DNA from: Candidatus Bathyarchaeota archaeon
GTDB taxonomy: Archaea; Thermoproteota; Bathyarchaeia; Bathyarchaeales; Bathycorpusculaceae
Assembly (NCBI GenBank): GCA_963777155.1
Contig: CAVZPM010000007.1
Coordinates: 1-64,000, forward strand
DNA: 64,000 nucleotides
Direction of reading: 5' to 3'
This document shows positions 21,725 to 32,049 of the stretch, one piece after another. Position 1 is the stretch's first letter. Every line of letters begins with the position of its first letter. The notes under the pieces are model-generated. The model worked only from the letters and a program-made list of their open reading frames with translations. It searched no databases and had not been told where the DNA came from. Both the position numbers and the translations under genes were made by a program.

Positions 21725-22258
21725 TGCCAAGTTCCTTCGAAAGACCGCGAACCTTATATAATCATATTTTTTTCTTTTTGACAATAGCTAGAATTAGCCA
21801 CATAGCCTTTCTTTTTTCGATCAGAAATCCTTTTGAAGTAAAATTTTGTAGCCAAAGTCTTCTATTAAGGATTTTTTCCTTTTCCAAAAGCCTTATGGAT
21901 TGTTAAATTAAAGATTAGAAGCGTTTTTGAACTAATATTTATCTAGATCTAACAAGACTTTGGTTTGCATTTTTCTTTTTTCTATCGCGCAATAATATTG
22001 TTGTTATTGTTTTTATGAAAATACGCTTACGTTGCTTGTTTCCTCTTCAAGAAGTCATCTTTAAGGAATTCGATAGATATTCGATTTGTCACTTTTTACA
22101 ATAAATAGTTAAAAAGACAAGCTGATTCTTGTGTTTTTAGCTTCAAAGTGATAAAATTATGATAGTTACATAATTTTTGTTTGTACGAAAAGCGAAAAAA
22201 ATGAAGCTTGACAAAACTGGTTTCCCCCAAAACGTCGCGATCTAGTAGTGTCATTTTT

Positions 22259-22675
22259 TTATTGTTCACCGATCACCTGGATAATTATCTTACGTTCCCG
22301 AGGATAAACGTCGGTTTCCACAAAAAGTAACGACTGCCAAGTTCCAAACTCAACCCGCCCATCAATCACCGGTAGCGTCTTATCCGGTGGAAGCAACATA
22401 GATCGCAAATGCGAATGAGCGTTAGAAGGATGTTCGTATGCACCTTGTTTCGACGCCAACTCTTCAAGAAAAACTTTGATGTCATCGAGCAGGGCCTCAT
22501 CGTTTTCGGTTAAAATTAAGACACCGGTGGCGTGAGGAGCAAAAACGTGAACTATGCCGTTTTTAATTCCTGAAGTATTTACTTCTTGTTGGATTCTTTC
22601 TGATAGATCTATGAAATCTATTTCTCCTCTGGTGGTGAACTTCTGGATTTTGTTGTAAACTTTAAAATTTGACGT
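22259..22675 (-). CDS. YjbQ/UPF0047 family protein; apparent ACG start
   Basis: Frame stays open upstream of the called ORF (SNFKVYNK...PHATG...ENDE...HPSNAHSHLRS...GTWQ); GGAGG 9 nt before ACG at 22675. Confidence 0.8.
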   Translation of the reverse strand, partial: TSNFKVYNKIQKFTTRGEIDFIDLSERIQQEVNTSGIKNGIVHVFAPHATGVLILTENDEALLDDIKVFLEELASKQGAYEHPSNAHSHLRSMLLPPDKTLPVIDGRVEFGTWQSLLFVETDVYPRERKIIIQVIGEQ

Positions 22676-22743
22676 TCCGTTATTCCTCCTTGTTGTAGAG
22701 CTTGGTTTTTGTTGAAAAGCTTTTCGTGTTTAAGCTAAAAATA

Positions 22744-22770
22744 ATGTGTTTGGGTGATGCTTTTGTATAC
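22744..22770 (-). repeat. 27-bp dispersed element, copy C
   Basis: Reverse complement GTATACAAAAGCATCACCCAAACACAT. Confidence 0.8.
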
Positions 22771-24063
22771 GGAGCATCATCCGAGTTCTATTTTTCATTG
22801 CGTTCATGTTGGACTGAATTCAGTAAATCCTTCGTGCTTAGATCTTTCAAAACCCTAAAAGGACAGGCAGGATTTGGATGTGACATTTTTAACGGTGAAA
22901 TCTTCCAAAATTAGAAAACAGCGGGAATCCCTCAGAAGTATTGAAGATGTCGAGAATACACTGACAGATTACTAAAGTGAGGCTGAGGATACTGAAAATT
23001 TAAGTTCAACGTCATATGAACGTCTGTATAGGCCTAAGGGCATCACCAACATAAGAGCGAAAATCTGAAACTTGTGGATGGGTAGTTGATAGAGACTTGT
23101 CTTTTTGTAATTCTTATAAAGTCTTATTTCTATAAATCTTTTTAGTTTACCTGCGACAGTGTTTCTACTTGATGTGTTAGATAAGCTCCTGAAGAAAAAA
23201 CCGTTAATCATCTAGGGGTTAAGGAGAGCTTGTATTTTTAGAGTTGATTTCAAAAATTCTTTGAAGTAGGACAATTTGTAAAACAATATTTGTCTCCAAA
23301 ATTTACGGGCAATCGTTAGGGGTTTCTTACCGAAATCGCTTCAATTTGGGTGTATTTTATCGCAAGACTATGGTTTAGTCTTTGTTTTACTCCGAAAGGC
23401 GCTAAATACAAAAAGCTGTATTTTTTTTCTATGGAAACCATAATCTAAAGCCCTAATTTGTTGTTAAAAAGTTAAATAGCCCCTGAATATGCCTTATTTG
23501 CTTTTGCCTTAACCAGTTGGCATGGACATTACCAACGCCTCATATAAGTACCTCCGAAAATCTCCATGCGAAGCAAACCCCGTTTTTTTCGGACACCCTT
23601 CGAGGTTTAGTGACACTTTTTTATAACAAACGCGAACTTTGCATCTTGGTGTAAAACTTCTAGAATCAAAATACAATTTTGATTTTGTGGTTTTTTATTT
23701 TTCGTTGATTGTAGTTCTCTTTTTTCTTTACACTTCAGGTTTCCAGTAACTGCAAACTAATTGGTTTTGACTCCTGTTGTGGAATCGGCAGAAAAGTGGG
23801 TTAGCTAATTCATTCTGAATCTGAGGTCTATCTTTTGTGACTTGGGTTTGTATGGATTGGTTTTTTGTCTTTTAGGCACATTGTTTTTTTGAAGAGCGAC
23901 GGGGCAGACGGTGACTTTTCAAGCGCTTAGTGTAGGCAATATGTGGGATATCTTTCAAGCGTAGATGTTAACAAATACATAATTGGTGACCACTGTTGCA
24001 TCTGTATTATGTTAATATATCAACATAACCAGTGCTCTCCAGCGTCACCAGCACAAAATCAGC

Positions 24064-24090
24064 GCATACAAAAGCATCCCCTAAACACAG
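24064..24090 (+). repeat. 27-bp dispersed element, copy D
   Basis: GCATACAAAAGCATCCCCTAAACACAG. Confidence 0.8.
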
Positions 24091-24158
24091 ATTTTTTGTT
24101 CCCTTAGGGAACATTTTTTACCCAAAACAACTCATAGCACACTAAATGAGGAGACATA

Positions 24159-24596
24159 TTGAGCACAGAGATTGACCGGATCAAGCTTCGGCGCTGGCGC
24201 AAAAGAGGATTCTACAGTGAATCTGTCCTAGTGAAACTACTGCAGAAAAAAGGTTACAACGCCGTCCGAGTCCCAGTCAGCAACCCAAGTCTTAACCCGC
24301 TTCCAGACATAATGGCGCGAAAAGGCCCACACAGTTACGCCTTCGAAGTAAAAAACGCCACCTACTACGCCTACTTCCCCAAACAACAAATCGACAAACT
24401 CTTCCGGTTCCTAGATCAATTCATTCCCTCAGGCAACGAAAAAAAACACGCAGTCGTTGCAGCTCATCTTGGAAAACGGTGGTTGTTTAAGGAAATCAGC
24501 TGGACTGATTGGCAAAAAGATAAGTTGCCTGAGAAGGTTCGGATTTTGAAGCGGGACCGGGGTAACCTAAACATAGACAAATGTTATCCCGAGTAG
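24159..24596 (+). CDS. hjc: Holliday junction resolvase Hjc-like nuclease
   Basis: RG...E..LV..L...GY.AVR...S....PDI.A......FEVK. Confidence 0.7.
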   Translation: MSTEIDRIKLRRWRKRGFYSESVLVKLLQKKGYNAVRVPVSNPSLNPLPDIMARKGPHSYAFEVKNATYYAYFPKQQIDKLFRFLDQFIPSGNEKKHAVVAAHLGKRWLFKEISWTDWQKDKLPEKVRILKRDRGNLNIDKCYPE

Positions 24597-24670
24597 CGGT
24601 AAGGGATTGTACCTCAAAGTTATTATTGCCATAAATTTAGAACTTTGTTAAGGGGATTGGCGGAAAAAAA

Positions 24671-25363
24671 GTGACACAAACAGTAGAAGTGATTATTTCG
24701 ACCGAAGGGTTAACGAAGATCTTCCAAGTCGGAGACAGAAAAATCATGGTTCTAAAAGATATCAACCTGCAAGTTCCCAAAGCCAACTTCACAGTCATAT
24801 GTGGTCCCTCAGGTTCAGGAAAAACTACTCTTCTAAACATTATAGGCGGAATCGATCGACCCACAAAAGGAAAAGTATCGGTATCAGGTGAAGAGTTAAC
24901 TGGGAAGGATGAGGATTTCCTCTCAGAATTCCGATGCAATCATATAGGTTTTGTTTTTCAATCCTACAATTTAGTTTCGACATTAACTGTGGCTGAAAAC
25001 GTTGCTTTTCCCATGGAGTGGACTCGTAAACCTTCCGTAGAAATAGAGCTCAGAGTCACCGAGCTTCTAAAAACCGTGGGTTTAGAGAATCGAGCAAATC
25101 ATTTTTCATCGCAACTTAGCGGTGGCGAGCAACAACGAGTCGCCTTTGCCAGGGCACTATCCAATGATCCTGAATTGATTTTGGCTGATGAACCCACCGG
25201 AAACTTGGATGCAAAGAATGCTCAAAAAATCCTGCAGGTACTCCAGTTTTTAAAAGCCAATGGAAAGACAGTTGTTGTTTCCACGCATGACCTGCAAATT
25301 CAGGCATTAGCGGATCAAATTATACGTTTAGATGAGGGTAAAATGGCGACCAATAATGAGTAG
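24671..25363 (+). CDS. ABC transporter ATP-binding protein
   Basis: [26 protein letters not shown]. Confidence 0.92.
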   Translation: MTQTVEVIISTEGLTKIFQVGDRKIMVLKDINLQVPKANFTVICGPSGSGKTTLLNIIGGIDRPTKGKVSVSGEELTGKDEDFLSEFRCNHIGFVFQSYNLVSTLTVAENVAFPMEWTRKPSVEIELRVTELLKTVGLENRANHFSSQLSGGEQQRVAFARALSNDPELILADEPTGNLDAKNAQKILQVLQFLKANGKTVVVSTHDLQIQALADQIIRLDEGKMATNNE

Positions 25364-27233
25364 CACTGGTTTTCCAATAGTCGATTTAACCCGGAGAAAA
25401 CTACAGACAACCTTAACAGTGCTATCTTTAACGTTAAGCGTCGCCTCCACACTATTTCTCTTATTGTTTACTAATCGGTTAGGCTTAGGTATTGCAGCCT
25501 CTAAAGGCACTTTAACTTTAGGTTTAAGTAGCATTTTTAGCCAATTCACTCTGTTCATCGGAGCACTAATTTTTGTTATTGGTGCCGTATTAACGGCGTT
25601 CATTGTTTTTTTGATGATGGCACAGCGGACCCGCGACTTCGGTTTAATCAAAGCAGCTGGATGCCCTAACAGCTTGGTGGCAGGATACTTCATGACAGAA
25701 CTTCTCACTGTAACACTCTTGGGTTGTGTTTTGGGAATAGCGTTTGGTTTTTTAGCTGATTTTTTGGTCACACCCCTTGTTTTCTCGAGTTATGTAGCGC
25801 CAAATTTCTGGTTTGCACCCTTAGTTTTCGTCACTTTTTTTGTTCTTGCCTTATTTTTTGGTTTACGACCCATCATTAAAGCATCTAGAATGTCACCGAT
25901 GGATGCGCTTTCCCCAGTGAATTATTTCGGGCTAACAGGAGAAGCAACTAAACATAAGCCACTATCTAGACGGGGAATAACTTGGCGAATTGCCCTACGC
26001 AGCCTATATAGGCGACAATCAGCAATTCTCCGCATAACATTTTTGCTATCCATAGTCTTTATCCTGCTAACAGTATCTATCGCTGGCGGAATAATCGCGG
26101 GCAACACCGCAAACTCTTGGATTGCGCAACCAGTCGACAAAGACGCCATAGTTATCGCTGACAGCACAGTGATAAATCAATACAAAATGTTGCTCACAAA
26201 CTTTTCAAAACCACAAGAAAACCCTTTCTTTAACTATTCAGACCCTAAACTATCGGTTCCAGACACATTTGTCAAGCAACTTAAAACTTTAAACAGTGTT
26301 GACATCATTGATTCGAGGCTGGTTTTATCGGAAAGCGTTAATGAAAAGGCTGGTTTTGCCTTTTTGGAACAAACAAGTTCTTCGACAGTTTTTGTTGGTG
26401 GACATCGGCAAAGTGAATCGGTAATAATTGGTGTTAATCCAGCTGCACTTACGGGTTCTTGGTCTCTTAAGGGACAATTCTTAGGTGGTAATGACTCGGA
26501 GGCGGTTATTGGAGACTCGTTAGCTCTAACGATGTATGTTCGTGATACACGTAATGGGGTTGCCTATTCAGATCCTCTACTTGAAGGGATAGAGATCAAT
26601 GGTTTCACGTTTAAAATTGTCGGGGTCTGCATTGATCCATTAAATAATGGTTTTGTCACCTATGTCCCGCTGGATAAACTTGCCAACGTAACAGGTATAA
26701 CTGAACCTAACATATTATTTGTCAAATTGAATACTTCAGCCGACTCTAACATGGTAATTAACCAAATAAGAGACATGATTCAAACATCCGGTTTAGATTT
26801 GGAGGTATCAAATCTTGACTCAGCGGTTGAGCAAAACACAGTCTTTCTATCTTCAACCTGGCAAACAATCATGCTTTTACCGCTATTTACACTTGCATCC
26901 GCAACCATGTGCCTCTTTAGTTTCATGATGTTAACAGTGGCTGAGCAGCATCAAGAATTTGCCATTTTGCGAGCCATGGGCGCCAAACCGAGGATTATTA
27001 TAAACATCTCAGCTATTCAGTCTGCAGTCGTACTCTTTTCTAGTTTCGGCATTGGAATATCGTTTGGAATTATAATAACCACACTGATTCTGATGGCTAA
27101 TCCATTAATAACAACTACAACAATACTGCTGATTTCAGCATGGCTTTTCTCTGCATTAGTTACAATGTTTATTTTAAGCATTTACCCAGCATTTAGGCTT
27201 GCGAAGGCCCCAATTCTAAAGATCATGCCTTAA
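25356..27233 (+). CDS. FtsX-like ABC permease with two FtsX domains
   Basis: QRTRDFGLIKAAG and EQHQEFAILRAMGA; many TM helices. Confidence 0.85.
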   Translation: MSSTGFPIVDLTRRKLQTTLTVLSLTLSVASTLFLLLFTNRLGLGIAASKGTLTLGLSSIFSQFTLFIGALIFVIGAVLTAFIVFLMMAQRTRDFGLIKAAGCPNSLVAGYFMTELLTVTLLGCVLGIAFGFLADFLVTPLVFSSYVAPNFWFAPLVFVTFFVLALFFGLRPIIKASRMSPMDALSPVNYFGLTGEATKHKPLSRRGITWRIALRSLYRRQSAILRITFLLSIVFILLTVSIAGGIIAGNTANSWIAQPVDKDAIVIADSTVINQYKMLLTNFSKPQENPFFNYSDPKLSVPDTFVKQLKTLNSVDIIDSRLVLSESVNEKAGFAFLEQTSSSTVFVGGHRQSESVIIGVNPAALTGSWSLKGQFLGGNDSEAVIGDSLALTMYVRDTRNGVAYSDPLLEGIEINGFTFKIVGVCIDPLNNGFVTYVPLDKLANVTGITEPNILFVKLNTSADSNMVINQIRDMIQTSGLDLEVSNLDSAVEQNTVFLSSTWQTIMLLPLFTLASATMCLFSFMMLTVAEQHQEFAILRAMGAKPRIIINISAIQSAVVLFSSFGIGISFGIIITTLILMANPLITTTTILLISAWLFSALVTMFILSIYPAFRLAKAPILKIMP

Positions 27234-27959
27234 TTTGTCAAATTTTTTTAAAATATATTTGAGTTCAGGGACATAGGCTGGTAGTTGAGTTATGAAGTCC
27301 TGCAGTTGCAGGATTGGTACTATAGGAACTTGACAGTAAAACTTGTAGGCGCATGGCACTAAAGAAAGGACTACTGGAATGAACTTGGCTCTCTCCCAAA
27401 GTGCACAATCAACTCTTAGCTTCGGGTTTGGCAGTGAATCCGCAAATGCCTCTGAGCGTTCAATCTGTGCATCAACCATTTTTTTAAGAACAGACGGTGT
27501 GATTGCACGTTGCCAATGCTTACAATCAATACAAACCACCAATGGCTTACTGCAACCGACCACATCAATCTCCCATCGGCGCCCCATATGGGTGAAATGA
27601 ACGTTCTTCTTTACTGTATAGCCGTTATTTTTGAGAGCTAAAGACGCGATTTCTTCAAACTCCTGCCAACCCAATAAATCACTTATGCGTTCTATATCAG
27701 CACCCAAAGTCACTGCTTTAATAGCTAATTTAATGCGACTGGCACTATCCACCTCAACACTATCACCCTCCAGATAAACGAGGCTTTCGTTTTGCATTTT
27801 CTGAAGCAATTTTTTACTTGTTGCTGAGGTTAAGTGAGCATCCATATTGATAGTTTCGATTAAAGCTGAGCCTTCTTGGGTCAATTTTAGAAGCGAAATT
27901 GCTATATTTTTTTCAACACTCAGAATTAATCCCCCGTAGAATAAACATAAATCAAGCAA
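27216..27959 (-). CDS. wHTH plus restriction endonuclease-like (Mrr/NERD) protein
   Basis: WQEFE....L...GY, EIDVV, CIDCKHW. Confidence 0.7.
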   Translation of the reverse strand: MLDLCLFYGGLILSVEKNIAISLLKLTQEGSALIETINMDAHLTSATSKKLLQKMQNESLVYLEGDSVEVDSASRIKLAIKAVTLGADIERISDLLGWQEFEEIASLALKNNGYTVKKNVHFTHMGRRWEIDVVGCSKPLVVCIDCKHWQRAITPSVLKKMVDAQIERSEAFADSLPNPKLRVDCALWERAKFIPVVLSLVPCAYKFYCQVPIVPILQLQDFITQLPAYVPELKYILKKFDKLRHDL

Positions 27960-28015
27960 AAGACAGCCAAAACTGGCGATATTCGTGTGTGAGGAAGTGT
28001 AGCCGGCGGTAATCC

Positions 28016-28042
28016 GTATACAGAAGCATCCCCTAAACCCAA
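28016..28042 (+). repeat. 27-bp dispersed element, copy E
   Basis: GTATACAGAAGCATCCCCTAAACCCAA. Confidence 0.75.
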
Positions 28043-28752
28043 TTCTATGTCACCCATTCACAAATTGCCATCCTTGTTAACCAATCTTAGTCTTGTATTT
28101 ATCCAGGTATACCACGGCTCTGAAATAGCTTTTTTCCGAGATTAAAAACCATGCCTTGCAAAATTTGCTATTCAACCAAAATTTCAGTTGGCGACCGACC
28201 TTTTCGCTAATCGTAGTTGTAAGAACAAACGAAATCTATGGAAACATTGACTTCTACCAATCATTTCAAAGCATAATACTCTACGCTTTTTAACTTTATA
28301 GTGTAAAAAATGCATGTTCGTTTGTTTTTCGCAGACCAAAATCTGGAGCGATATCTAAATTGAACAACTTTGGCTCTACAAAGGTGCAGTCAACTTGATT
28401 CCAGAGCAACTTTGAGCGTAACTTAGGAATAAACGTTGAAAATAGTTAGAACTGGCAGGGTATTATGAAAGTAAAACCCTCAAAGAACTCTTAAAACCAC
28501 CTCCGACAGGTCCGGAAAACATCGCGTTTACCTAATGGGACACCAATTTTTAAGTGGTAAACACTTTTTGTCCAAAAGACTTACAGATGATCAGCCTCAA
28601 ATTAAGAAAGGGAATGATTTAGTGGCTGTTTCATTTTTTGGGCACTAAATGAAAAGTATGATTATATAAGGTTCGCTCGTTTTCGGCTTTTTCTGGGTTT
28701 TTAGTCAATCGTTGTCTTTTGGGAGTGTATCTGAGGAGATTAACTGATAATT

Positions 28753-28779
28753 TGTTTGTTGGGGGATGCTTTTGTATAC
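28753..28779 (-). repeat. 27-bp dispersed element, copy F
   Basis: Reverse complement GTATACAAAAGCATCCCCCAACAAACA. Confidence 0.75.
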
Positions 28780-28847
28780 AAAACTGAATTTTATGGAAAT
28801 ACGTATGTTTAAATATCGACGGTGCTTAGCCAGAATAGGTAATATTT

Positions 28848-29570
28848 GTGCCTTTGATAAATGAAATCCAAAGAATAATTCGGGAGAGGCAATCGGCAAG
28901 AGTACCTTTTGAGGCAAATCGAAAAATCTCAAAAGAGAATCTTGAGCAAATCCTTGATGCAGCTCGATGGTCACCCACTGCGCATAACATGCAAAACTTT
29001 GATGTGATAGTAGTTGATGACATCGAGGTATTGGAGATAATTGGAGCAGTAAAATCCCGTATATCGGAAGTGTTTCTAAGGGAGAATTATGAACAGCTGT
29101 CGTTTTCAAAGGAAGAGTTGCTTAAAAAGAAAACCGGGATTTTAAGCGCCATGTTTCCTTCAGCATGGACAGATCCCTCAAAAATGGGGGATGTTGCACG
29201 TGAATGTGCACATATGCCGTTGACTCAATCTATTCGTGGAAGCCCCTGTCTTTTAGTAGTTGTTTATGATCCCCGCAAGAGGGCGCCTGCTTCTGAAGGA
29301 GATGTTTTGGGGTTCATTAGTCTAGGGTGCGTTATGGAGAATATGTGGTTGATGGCTCAATCTCTGGGAATTAGCCTTCAGATATTAAGTACTTTTGCCG
29401 CACCAGCCATAGAAAAAGAGCTTAAGAAGATATTGGGCATCCCTGAGCCGCTAAAGATTGCTTATTCCTGCCGTTTAGGGTATCCAACAGGAGCAACTAA
29501 GTATTTGAGAGTGCGCCGAGACATAGCTGACTTTGCTCACTTCAACAAGTTTGGAAACAAAGGACCATAG
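28848..29570 (+). CDS. nitroreductase family protein
   Basis: RQSAR, AARWSPTAHNMQ, ENMWLMAQSLG, LGYP. Confidence 0.88.
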   Translation: MPLINEIQRIIRERQSARVPFEANRKISKENLEQILDAARWSPTAHNMQNFDVIVVDDIEVLEIIGAVKSRISEVFLRENYEQLSFSKEELLKKKTGILSAMFPSAWTDPSKMGDVARECAHMPLTQSIRGSPCLLVVVYDPRKRAPASEGDVLGFISLGCVMENMWLMAQSLGISLQILSTFAAPAIEKELKKILGIPEPLKIAYSCRLGYPTGATKYLRVRRDIADFAHFNKFGNKGP

Positions 29571-29730
29571 AAAAAAACAGTCAACCCATTCTTCTATTTG
29601 CATGAAGGATTGTGTTAAGCAACAATAGAAGTATTTAGTATATCTTTTCAAAAGATGCAACCGTTGTTTGCAGAAGTCCGTTGCAGCAGCAACAGCAGCA
29701 TCTTCTTAGGTAAAGAAGAAAAAATGACGT

Positions 29731-29934
29731 CTATTCTTTTTCTTCTTCTTTAATTTCGCATTGCAACTTCTTTATGATTTCGTCTGCTCTGAGCGGTTCA
29801 ATCTTTAGGGTATAGAGTTGACTGGATGTGCGAAGCTTCAATTTTACGGTGTCTTTAAGCCTTTTAACTTGGCATTGTTTTGCTTTGGCGCTCATGGCCA
29901 CGAATTTTTCAACATCAGTAATTTCAGACGGCAT
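29731..29934 (-). CDS. rpl38e: ribosomal protein eL38
   Basis: MP.EI.D...F...........VKR....VKLKLRT...LYTL, the eL38 pattern. Confidence 0.85.
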   Translation of the reverse strand: MPSEITDVEKFVAMSAKAKQCQVKRLKDTVKLKLRTSSQLYTLKIEPLRADEIIKKLQCEIKEEEKE

Positions 29935-30120
29935 GATTTATCCTTCTTGTGTTAGTTCGTTGTGATGGATGCAAAGCCGAGTTTTTATCTGTTTTGGTAC
30001 CAATTGTAATTCCTGCAGAAACTAACATACTATTGTAACTTTTATATTCAATTTATTTCCATAGTAAAGACAATTCAAGTTAGTCGTCGGAGTAGCTAAT
30101 CTAATGGAGAACTCATTTGG

Positions 30121-31383
30121 ATGAAACAAGTACACATCTTCGCAGTTATGCTAACAACAATTTTGTTAGTAGCATCGGCGACCTTGCTTGTTACATACAC
30201 TCAGAGCCTAAACAACAAAAAAGACCCCGTTTACGTCGGCGTTGCTTTCGGCGGCGAAACCGTAGCCCAAGCCAAACTCCTTATCGACAAAACCAAAAAC
30301 TACACCAACCTCTTCATTTTAGATTCAGGAATAAATCCCATAAGCACAAACGAGACAAAGGCTAGAGAAATATGCGATTACGCTGTAAACGCTGGTTTAA
30401 AAATTATTATTAATATGGGTTCATGGACTCCTTGGAATTGGCCGTGGCAAATACAATTTTTAAACACATCCAGGTCTATCTACGGTGACAGGTTCCTTGG
30501 TGCCTATTACGATGATGAGCCTGGAGGAATCCCGCTTGATTGGAACTGGACAAAACAGTTTGCTGAAAACAAGCTGCTCTTTGGACCAAACGGAACCACA
30601 AATCCCCTTAGCTTAACGTCGATTTATAATAGAATTCAGCTTGCAAACGAAACTGGAGTGTTACCGCAGAACTATACAATAGAAGCGGAATGGTTTAATC
30701 AGCTTCTAGAGCGAAACAGAGGACACAATGACCTTAAAAGCTACAACATAACAAGCTTCACTTCGGACTATGCCCTCTACTGGTTTGACTACATTGGTGG
30801 ATACGACACCCTTTTCGCACAGTTAGGCTGGAACCAAACCGAAAGCACACCAGCGTACCCAAGAGTTAACCAGCAAACAGCATTATCGCTTTTACGAGGA
30901 GCCGCAACTATGCAGAACAAAGATTGGGGTGCAATAATAACTTGGAAGTACACGCAGCCACCTTACCTTGACACAGGCGCCAATGTCTACGACCAGATGT
31001 TAATGGCGTACAATTCTGGGGCAAAATACATCACAATTTTTGATTACCCGTACAATCTAACTGGTAATCCATATGGCGTATTGACTGATGAACATTTCCA
31101 AGCGTTGCAAAAATTCTGGAACCAAATCAGTCAACAAGCACCAAATTCTGCCCATGCTAAAACTGCGTTAGTTTTACCCTATAATTACGGGTTTGGGATG
31201 AGGAGCCCAACAGACAAGATTTGGGGGTTTTGGGGTCCAGACGACAAATCACCCATAATCTGGAATGCCACCCAGACACTTCTTGCACAATATGGTTTGG
31301 GGTTGGACATAATTTATGATGACCCCGCGTTTCCCATTCAGGGAAATTACAGCAAAGTCTACTATTGGAACCAAACAATCTAA
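30121..31383 (+). CDS. secreted or membrane-anchored hypothetical protein, possibly GH-like TIM barrel
   Basis: Signal anchor; FLGAYYDDEP; aromatic-rich. Confidence 0.65.
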   Translation: MKQVHIFAVMLTTILLVASATLLVTYTQSLNNKKDPVYVGVAFGGETVAQAKLLIDKTKNYTNLFILDSGINPISTNETKAREICDYAVNAGLKIIINMGSWTPWNWPWQIQFLNTSRSIYGDRFLGAYYDDEPGGIPLDWNWTKQFAENKLLFGPNGTTNPLSLTSIYNRIQLANETGVLPQNYTIEAEWFNQLLERNRGHNDLKSYNITSFTSDYALYWFDYIGGYDTLFAQLGWNQTESTPAYPRVNQQTALSLLRGAATMQNKDWGAIITWKYTQPPYLDTGANVYDQMLMAYNSGAKYITIFDYPYNLTGNPYGVLTDEHFQALQKFWNQISQQAPNSAHAKTALVLPYNYGFGMRSPTDKIWGFWGPDDKSPIIWNATQTLLAQYGLGLDIIYDDPAFPIQGNYSKVYYWNQTI

Positions 31384-31435
31384 AATTCAAGAATTACTAA
31401 AAGAAAAGGGGTTCAGGCTGAACCTGAGGGTTGCT

Positions 31436-31636
31436 TTAAGCTTTTTTTGGGCGGATTCCAAGCTTAAGTTTTACTTCAACGGTGTATTCTTTTTCCATTT
31501 TTCCAACTGAGAAGTTCCAGTCTTTAACTTCAACTTCCATGTCTTTGAATTGCTCCATTATTGCTTCCTTGTATTCGTTAGCTGTTTCTCCAATTTTCTG
31601 TAGCTTCTCGGTTATGTTGACAGATGTTTCAGGCAT
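31436..31636 (-). CDS. small hypothetical protein
   Basis: GGAGGTG RBS upstream; charged, protein-like 66 aa. Confidence 0.65.
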   Translation of the reverse strand: MPETSVNITEKLQKIGETANEYKEAIMEQFKDMEVEVKDWNFSVGKMEKEYTVEVKLKLGIRPKKA

Positions 31637-31791
31637 AAATTGCACCTCCCAAAGAGGTTCACTTCGCTTAAAGCAACTGATACTTATCTGCTTTTAAGAA
31701 TTTGTGATTGTACAGCTACAACATCAAAAAAGCCCTAACTTGACAGCTGACAAGCTAAACAACAAGAAAGGAAACATGTGTGAGTGAAATT

Positions 31792-32049
31792 GGAAAGGTT
31801 GCCTTAAGTGGTATCTTTTGGTTTTTCTTTTGGTTGTTGTTGGAGTGTCCTGTGCGCAGGGACGTTTTTTCTGGTTGTTTTTTGGGTTCTGTTTTGGATT
31901 TGCTTTGTGGTTTTAGGTTTGTCTGGTAGAAGTAGTGGTTGTGGAGGCGCCTTTTCAAGTTGGTTGTGGCAGATTTTAAGCTGCTTGTGGGCACTCTCAA
32001 CATGGTTGTGGATTGAGATGTTTTGAAAGCCAAAAAGGTATTAAAGACC
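31792..32049. repeat. GT-rich intergenic element, diverged copy 2
   Basis: Collinear similarity to 14489..14704. Confidence 0.55.

Noticed and set aside
23995-24030. dif/Xer site
   Set aside because: Contains TTATGTTAA, but arm orientation and spacing do not fit the ATAA-N6-TTAT dif layout.
22780-24060. ORFs 22702..22914 and 22972..23211 in the gene-free stretch
   Set aside because: No motifs or RBS, and composition is typical of non-coding AT-rich DNA.
24159-27959. Defence island made of Hjc-like and Mrr/NERD nucleases
   Set aside because: Both are common stand-alone archaeal genes, separated by an ABC exporter, with no methylase or other defence partner.
18179-28779. 27-bp repeats as a CRISPR array or ORB origin boxes
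   Set aside because: Copies are 0.7-4 kb apart in mixed orientation, lack the ORB TCCA..GAAA core, and no cas or cdc6 gene is present.
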